In this document: positions 54,917 through 64,000 of the stretch, in pieces
How positions within the stretch are numbered: the stretch's first letter is position 1
Layout: the number at the start of each line of letters is the position of its first letter
DNA from: Candidatus Omnitrophota bacterium
GTDB lineage: Bacteria > Omnitrophota > Gorgyraeia > 1-14-0-20-64-10
Assembly: GCA_016177405.1 (NCBI GenBank)
Contig: JACOVG010000011.1
Location: 7,910 to 71,909 of the forward strand
Reading direction: 5' to 3'
DNA: 64,000 nucleotides
The notes under the pieces: model-generated
What the model was told of the DNA's origin: nothing
The model's input: only the letters and a program-made list of their open reading frames with translations
Databases searched by the model: none
Position numbers and translations under genes: made by a program

Positions 54917-55726
54917 CTAGGCTCCTCCGCGGGGAGGCCTCCGGAATGAAACCAGCAGATACCGGCCGGAATCTTGGATCTTGGGGCTGACATCGCGCTC
55001 GGCCCGAAAAAGGAGATCTTGCTGGCTTTCGTTGAGGTCATCTGGGTTGACCGCGAGCCACGAAAGAACCCCCATGGGAACAATGGAGAGAATCTCCATC
55101 TGGGCGTTCCGGTAAATCTCCTCCAGCTCCTGGCGGGTTTGCCAGTTGTAGTAAGAGCCCCAGAGCTTCCCTTCCCTCAAGGAGAGGACGGTCTGGGCCG
55201 CCTGGGTGTCCTTTCGGCCCAGGGCCTCGGCCACGTAATAGGCCCGGGGCCGGTGGGAGATGAAGCCCAGGCCGCCGGGCTTCAAGAGCCGGATCAGTCC
55301 GGCCAAAAGCTCCCTCCAATTCTCGCGCAGGTACAGCACCTCGGTGCAGAGCACGGCGTCGTAGGAGGAGGACGCCTGCTTGGGAAGCCAGCGGGCGAGG
55401 TTGGCCCGCACGGTCTTCACCGTTGCCGCTTCCCGTGCGGCGTGAAGTCTTAAGCGCCTTAAGGCGAGGTCCGAGGTGTCCACCCCGGTGACCTTGAATC
55501 CCCATTGGCTTAGGGGGATGGCCAGGCGTCCGGTCTGACAGCCGGCGTCTAGCAATTTCTTGGGGGGCTGCCAGCCCTGGTCCCTTAAGGTTTGCCTGAT
55601 CTGGTGAAGGTAAAGCCGGGCGAAGAACCGCTCCCCCTTGCTTTGAAACATGTCGTAGTAGGTCGGCTCATCGCGCAGGAGGGCCCTTTTCAATTTGCGC
55701 GCCGCTTTCTTCAGGGCTCTAATCAT
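54917..55726 (-). CDS. Class I SAM-dependent methyltransferase
   Basis: LLDAGCQTG, VTGVDTS, YDAVLC, RLLKPGG. Confidence 0.88.
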   Translation of the reverse strand: MIRALKKAARKLKRALLRDEPTYYDMFQSKGERFFARLYLHQIRQTLRDQGWQPPKKLLDAGCQTGRLAIPLSQWGFKVTGVDTSDLALRRLRLHAAREAATVKTVRANLARWLPKQASSSYDAVLCTEVLYLRENWRELLAGLIRLLKPGGLGFISHRPRAYYVAEALGRKDTQAAQTVLSLREGKLWGSYYNWQTRQELEEIYRNAQMEILSIVPMGVLSWLAVNPDDLNESQQDLLFRAERDVSPKIQDSGRYLLVSFRRPPRGGA

Positions 55727-56507
55727 GGAGCTTGCGAAGCCCTTCGCTTAGGAGGTTGCAGCCTAAAACCAGGCCAAAGATGGCCAGGCCCGGAAAGAGG
55801 GAGAGCCACCAGCCCACCCCCAGCGTGGCCCTTCCCTCCGCCAGGATGTTTCCCCAGCTCGGCGTGGGGGGCTGTATCCCGATCCCCAGGAAACTCAAGC
55901 CCGATTCGATGAAGACGGCGCTGCCCAATCCCAGCGTCGCGCTCACCCCCACCGGGGCCAGGGCGTTGGGAAGGAGGTGGCGCCCAACGATCCGGGCCCC
56001 GGAGGCCCCGAATCCCCGGGCGGCCAGGATGAACTCCCGTTCCTTGAGGCTCAAGATTTCAGCCCTGACCAGCCGGGCGACCTCCATCCAGCTGGTCGCT
56101 CCGATGATGGCCACGAGGTTGAAGAGACTCGGCTCCAGAAAGGCCACGCTGGCCAGGATCAGGAAGAGGGTGGGAAAACAGAGCATGATGTCGGTGAAGC
56201 GCATCACCAGAAGGTCCACCCATCCCCCCGCGTAGCCGGCCACCGATCCGAGCGCGACCCCGAGGGTGACCGCCAGAAGCACGGCGACGCTCGCGACGGT
56301 CAAGGAGACGCGGCCGCCAAAGAGCATCCGCGCCCACAGGTCCCGGCCCAGCTGGTCGGTTCCCAGGGGGTGGCCGCCGCCGGGCGGCGCAAGGGCCTCT
56401 TCCAGGTGGATTTCGCCCGGGTCGGCGGGGGCAAGCCAGGGGGCCGCCAGGGCCGCCAGCGCGAAGCCGGCCAGGAGGATCCACCCCGCCGCGAGGGTTT
56501 TGTTCAC
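55719..56507 (-). CDS. Peptide ABC transporter permease (OppC/DppC-like)
   Basis: HPLGTDQLGRD, EFILAARGFGA, RHLLPN, ESGLSFLG, PSWG. Confidence 0.93.
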   Translation of the reverse strand: MNKTLAAGWILLAGFALAALAAPWLAPADPGEIHLEEALAPPGGGHPLGTDQLGRDLWARMLFGGRVSLTVASVAVLLAVTLGVALGSVAGYAGGWVDLLVMRFTDIMLCFPTLFLILASVAFLEPSLFNLVAIIGATSWMEVARLVRAEILSLKEREFILAARGFGASGARIVGRHLLPNALAPVGVSATLGLGSAVFIESGLSFLGIGIQPPTPSWGNILAEGRATLGVGWWLSLFPGLAIFGLVLGCNLLSEGLRKLHD

Positions 56508-57487
56508 CCGGCTTCCTCTTCATACCGGATCCGGGGATCGGCCAGGGCATAGGCCAAATCGGCCAAGAGATTTCCTATCAGGGTCAGGACGGCCCCCAGA
56601 ACGAGCAGGCCCATGATGACCGGGTAATCCCGGCTCATCACCGAGTCAAAAAAGAGGCGCCCCATCCCGGGAATGGCGAAAATGGATTCCAGGATGACCG
56701 AGCCGCCCAGGAGTCCCGGCACCGACAGCCCCAACAGGGTGATGAAGGGCAGAAGGGCGTTGCGCAGGGCGTGGCGGTAGAGAACCGCTTTCTCCGAGAG
56801 CCCCTTGGCGACAGCGGTTCGGATGTAATCCTGTTTTAGAACGTTCAAAACCGAGGAGCGCAGATAGCGGGCGTAGCCGGTCAGTCCGCCTAAAACCATG
56901 ACCCCCACCGGCAGGATGAGGTGGCGCGCCCCGTCGGCCAGCCGTTCCATCATGGAAAGAGGCTGTATCCCCAGGGAGCTTAAGCCGGAGACCGGCAGCC
57001 AAGCCAATCTTACCCCGAAGAGATCCAGGCCCAGGATGGCCACCCAGAAGGAAGGCAGAGCGAAGAGTATAAAGAGGAAGAGACCTGTCCCGTGGTCCCA
57101 CAGGGAGCCTTCCGCGGCCGCGCTGGAAACCCCCAGGGGGATGGCTGCCAGGAGAATGAGAAACAGCGCCGCCAGGTTGATGGTGAGGGTCACCGGGATC
57201 CGCTCGGCGATCTTGGTTGAAACTGTCCGTCCGTCCTTGAAGGAGCGCCCGAAATCCCCTCGAAGGCACCGGGCGAGCCACGCGAGATACTGCTGGGGCA
57301 AAGGCCGGTCCAGGCCGTAAAGCTTGACGAGCTCGGCCTTGGCCTGAAGGGAGATCTTGATGTTGAGGTCCGTGATGACGTCGGTGGGCCCGCCAGGCGC
57401 CAGGTGCATGGTGAAGAAGCTCACCACCGTGATCCCCAGAAGAACCGGAAGGGTCCAGGCCAGGCGGCGGGCGAGGAGGCCTATCAA
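56504..57487 (-). CDS. Peptide ABC transporter permease (OppB/DppB-like)
   Basis: GLDRPL, GDFGRS, DYIRTAVAKGL, HALRNAL, RDYPVI, DPRIR. Confidence 0.93.
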   Translation of the reverse strand: MIGLLARRLAWTLPVLLGITVVSFFTMHLAPGGPTDVITDLNIKISLQAKAELVKLYGLDRPLPQQYLAWLARCLRGDFGRSFKDGRTVSTKIAERIPVTLTINLAALFLILLAAIPLGVSSAAAEGSLWDHGTGLFLFILFALPSFWVAILGLDLFGVRLAWLPVSGLSSLGIQPLSMMERLADGARHLILPVGVMVLGGLTGYARYLRSSVLNVLKQDYIRTAVAKGLSEKAVLYRHALRNALLPFITLLGLSVPGLLGGSVILESIFAIPGMGRLFFDSVMSRDYPVIMGLLVLGAVLTLIGNLLADLAYALADPRIRYEEEAG

Positions 57488-59119
57488 CTAAGGCTCCAGC
57501 CGGAAGCGTTGGCGGGCGCGGGGGGCGTACCAGTGGATCAGGTTGTGCCCCACCCCGAGGGGGCTCACCTCAACGCCCTCGAAGCGGCGGTGGACCGCCG
57601 GCAGGGCGTCCGGCACAAAGAGAAAACAGACCGGCTGATCCTCGTACAGAATCCGGTGCAGCTCGTGGTAGGCCTTGCGCCGGCTCGCTTCATCGTAGGT
57701 GGTCCGGCCCTTGATCAGAAGCTCGTCCACCCGGGGGTCGCGGTAGCCGATGAAGTTGAACTCGCCCGGCTTCGTTTTGGAAGAGTGCCAGATGTCGAAG
57801 GGGTCCGGTTCCCGCGAGAGGGCCCAGCCCAGCAGGATCGCCTCAAAGCGCCGCTTGTCGATGAACTCCTTAAGCAAAGACGACCACTCCAGGATCCGGA
57901 TCTTGACCCTGACCCCGATCTCCTTGAGCCGGCGTTGAATGATCTGGGCGGTCAGCTCCCGGGTCAGGTTGCCCTGGTTGGTCAGGAGGGTGAACTCAAA
58001 GGGTTGCCCCGCCCGGTCCAGAACGCCGTCGCCGTCCTTATCGCTCCAGCCGGCTTCAGCCAGAAGGGCGCGGGCGTAAGAGGGGTCAAAGGGAGCGGGC
58101 TGAACCTCGGGGTTGCAGGCCCACGATTCCGGCGGGAACGGACCCGTCGCTTCCCGCCCCAGCCCCAGCAGGACTCCCTGGATGATCTCGGATTTGTCGA
58201 TGGCCAGATTGATCGCCTGACGAACCCGCCGGTCCTGGAATTTCGGATCCTGGAGGTTGTAGCCCAGGTACGTGTAGCCGAAGCTCGGAAAACGGAACTT
58301 CCGGAAGGAGCGCTCAAAGGCCGGGGCCTGGGACATGCGGGCGAATTGAAGCGGCGTCAGGGACGCCCAATCCACCCCCTGGGCCTGCAGCTCAAGGAAG
58401 ATCGTGGAGGCGTCGGGGATCACCCGGAAGAAGCAATGGTCCAGGTAGGGCCTGCCCTCGAAGTAATCGTCGTTGGCGGAAAGCTCGACCCGGTCGCCCC
58501 GGATCCAGCGGCGGAACTTGAACGGTCCTGTGCCCACGGGATTTTCCTTGAAGGCCGTTGTCAGGAGGTCCTGCCCCTTCAAGAGGTGCTCCGGAAGGAT
58601 GGACATTCCCCAGGAGGACAAGGCGGGCGCGAAGGGTTCTTTGTACCGGACGCGGATCGTCCGGTCATCGATGACGGTCAACCCCGCGATTCGCTCGAAG
58701 TCCCCCCGGTAGGGGGTGGGCACCGCCGGGTCCATCAATTTTTCGTAGGTGAAGGCGACGTCCCGCGTGGTCAAGGGGTGTCCGTCGTGCCAGCGGATCC
58801 CCTTCTTGAGGGTGAACTCGATCGTTAATCCTCCGTCCAGGATCTCCCAGCGCTCGGCCAGGTCGCCGGTCACGCGCAGGTCCACGTCGTATTTGACCAG
58901 GCCGTTAAAAAGGAGAGAGCAGACCTCGGCCGAGGCGCTGTCCGAAGCGAGGATGGGCACCAGGGTCGAGGGCTCTCCCAGGGAGGCCGAGATCAGGGCA
59001 TCGCCATAGGAGGGGGCCGGTTCCTGCGAAGGGGGGAGAAGGCTCGCGAGAGAGGGAGAAAGCCCGGCCAGAAGAAAAGCCGTCAGACCAAAGGCGAGAC
59101 TACTCCTTCTCCTGGCCAC
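57488..59119 (-). CDS. Peptide ABC transporter substrate-binding protein (family 5)
   Basis: LAERWE, WHDGHPLT..DVAFT, PVGTGPF, RVRQAI..AID. Confidence 0.92.
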   Translation of the reverse strand: MARRRSSLAFGLTAFLLAGLSPSLASLLPPSQEPAPSYGDALISASLGEPSTLVPILASDSASAEVCSLLFNGLVKYDVDLRVTGDLAERWEILDGGLTIEFTLKKGIRWHDGHPLTTRDVAFTYEKLMDPAVPTPYRGDFERIAGLTVIDDRTIRVRYKEPFAPALSSWGMSILPEHLLKGQDLLTTAFKENPVGTGPFKFRRWIRGDRVELSANDDYFEGRPYLDHCFFRVIPDASTIFLELQAQGVDWASLTPLQFARMSQAPAFERSFRKFRFPSFGYTYLGYNLQDPKFQDRRVRQAINLAIDKSEIIQGVLLGLGREATGPFPPESWACNPEVQPAPFDPSYARALLAEAGWSDKDGDGVLDRAGQPFEFTLLTNQGNLTRELTAQIIQRRLKEIGVRVKIRILEWSSLLKEFIDKRRFEAILLGWALSREPDPFDIWHSSKTKPGEFNFIGYRDPRVDELLIKGRTTYDEASRRKAYHELHRILYEDQPVCFLFVPDALPAVHRRFEGVEVSPLGVGHNLIHWYAPRARQRFRLEP

Positions 59120-59411
59120 TGGTATCGGGCCCGGGTTCGACTCTTTCCACCTTGATCCGCTCCATGAGGGAGCGGCCGCGGCGGACCGACAGAAAGGCCA
59201 GAGTCAGAGAGGTCAGCATGAAGACCGTGGCGCTCACGGCGGTCGCCCGGACAAGGTAGACAGCCCCGCGGGTTCCAAAGAAGGAGCTGCTGGACCCGCC
59301 GAAGCTGTCGGACAGGCCTCCGCCCCTTCCGGCCTGCAGGAGGATCACCGCGATGAGGACAAAGCAGACGATCAGATGGAGCGTCAGGACGGTTCCGTAG
59401 AGCATGCGCAC
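59100..59411 (-). CDS. secG: Preprotein translocase subunit SecG
   Basis: LIAVILLQAGRGGGLS..FGG; located after tpiA. Confidence 0.92.
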   Translation of the reverse strand: MRMLYGTVLTLHLIVCFVLIAVILLQAGRGGGLSDSFGGSSSSFFGTRGAVYLVRATAVSATVFMLTSLTLAFLSVRRGRSLMERIKVERVEPGPDTSGQEKE

Positions 59412-60180
59412 CCCCCCTTAGCCTTTACGGCCGATTGAAGCATCGATAAGAAGCTTTCCGCCTGCAGGCTCGCTCCGCCCACCAGCAGGCCGTCCACATC
59501 GGGCAGGCGAAGGAGCTCTTCGGCATTGTCCGGCTTGGCCGAGCCGCCATATTGGAGGCGCAAGGCGGTGGCGCAGGAAGGGCTGAACCGCTTCGAGAGC
59601 CACTGCCGGATTTGCGCGTGCACCTCTTGGGCCTGGGCCGGCGTGGCGTTCTGCCCCGTGCCGATGGCCCAGACCGGCTCATAAGCCACCACCTGCTTGG
59701 CCGCTGCGAGAGGCTCAACCCCCTCGAAAGCCGTCGCGAGCTGCCGCTCGATCACCTGCCAGGTTTGGGCCCTCTTTCTCTCCTCCAGGGTTTCCCCGAC
59801 ACAGAGAATGGCTCTCAAGCCGCCCTGAAGAACTCCCATGAGCTTCTGATGGATCATGGCCTCCGATTCCCCCAACCCCCGGCGCCTCTCGGAGTGCCCC
59901 ACGATGACCCAGCTCACCCCGATCTCCTTGAGCATGGGAACCGAAACCTCCCCGGTGCAGGCCCCCTCGGCTTTCCAGTGGCTGTCCTGAGCTCCCAGAA
60001 GAACTTGGCTTCCCTTGAGGCTCTCTGAAACGCTGTCCAGCCCGGTGAAGGGCGGACAGAGGACCACCTCCACTTGGGAGGTGATTTCGCGGGCTTCCCG
60101 GGCCACCGCCAGGGCCAAACGGGAGGCCTCGGGCCGGAGGGTGTTCATTTTCCAGTTGCCTGCGATGATGGGCAAGCGCT

Positions 60181-60184
<4 letters not shown>
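59384..60184 (-). CDS. tpiA: Triosephosphate isomerase
   Basis: [31 protein letters not shown]. Confidence 0.97.
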
Positions 60185-63376
<3,192 letters not shown>

Positions 63377-63384
<8 letters not shown>

Positions 63385-64000
63385 CGGGGGACTCCTTCAA
63401 AAAGCGGGCCGCCTCTTCGGGAGGGGTCGGGTTGATGTAGAAACCGGTGCCCCATTCGAAACCGGCCACGCGGGTGAGCCGGGGCACGATCTCCAGGTGC
63501 CAGTGAAAATCCTGGTCAATCGTCTTCCAGTAGCCCAGCCGGGGGCGCCGGAAGGGAGCGGTGTGAAGGATCATGTTGTAGGGAGGGTTCTTCAGAACCC
63601 TGCGCAGGCCCCCCAGGGTCTCCCGCAGGAGGCCGGCCAGATCCAGCCTTTCCGCCGGATTCATGAGGCTGACGTCGGCGCTGTGCCGCTTGGGCAGGAT
63701 CCAAAGCTCAAAGGGGAAACGGGAGGCGAAGGGGGCCAGGGCCACAAAATGCGAGCTTTCCTTGGCCAGGCGTTCCTGACCCAGGAGCTCCTGCCGGATC
63801 AGATCGCAGAAGATACAGCGCTCCTTGGCCTCGAAGTAGCGCAGGCAGCCGTCCAGCTCGTCCTTGATCCGGCTGGGGTTGACCGGCAGCGCGATCAATT
63901 GCGACCGGCTGTGGCGGTGCTTGCCTTCCCCGGCGGCGGTGCCGGAATTCTTGAAAAAGAGGACATACCGGAAGCGGGGGTCCCGCTCCAGGTCGATCAA
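63377..64000 (-). CDS. Second GalT-family protein (5' end outside window) with altered catalytic motif HSRSQ
   Basis: Parallel to the downstream galT ([31 protein letters not shown]) but reads KHRHSRSQ at the HPH site. Confidence 0.85.

Noticed and set aside
53696-54949. 417-aa plus-strand ORF, and RNase P / tmRNA / riboswitch identity for the intergenic element
   Set aside because: The ORF is low-complexity Pro/Gly/Arg and overlaps a real gene on the opposite strand; conserved signatures of those RNAs were not found by eye.

Overview
A GC-rich bacterial chromosome segment in which every credible gene lies on the minus strand. Gene content suggests the PVC superphylum, probably Ca. Omnitrophota (inference, not tested). 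Housekeeping blocks: larCB, tsaD, ctpA, gatCAB, rsmA-pdxA-two PPIases-mfd-argS-rsfS, nadD-proBA-obgE-rpmA-rplU-rng-mgtE, and opp-secG-tpiA-pgk-gap with two galT copies. A ~20 kb type IV pilus locus (33.3-53.6 kb) holds PilQ/P/O/N/M, several pilins, a subtilase, PilC, two PilB, a stand-alone MshEN protein, PilT, a degenerate GGDEF protein and an HTH protein. The standout is a visibly more AT-rich 2313-aa signal-peptide protein (8607-15548). It is built from largely unrelated modules, each bounded by a recurrent xxGLEE motif (11 copies, 9 with near-identical DNA). One module is duplicated exactly from motif to motif, and another is a 12-unit helical repeat array with a constant frame and hypervariable loops. 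This looks like a modular cassette or polyprotein system. Also present: short palindromic elements inserted in frame into genes, a 277-bp MITE whose removal restores a clean PilP-like signal peptide, a ~490-bp long inverted-repeat element, a doubly truncated Mfd and a probably inactive GalT paralog. All calls are from reading the sequence; no searches were run.
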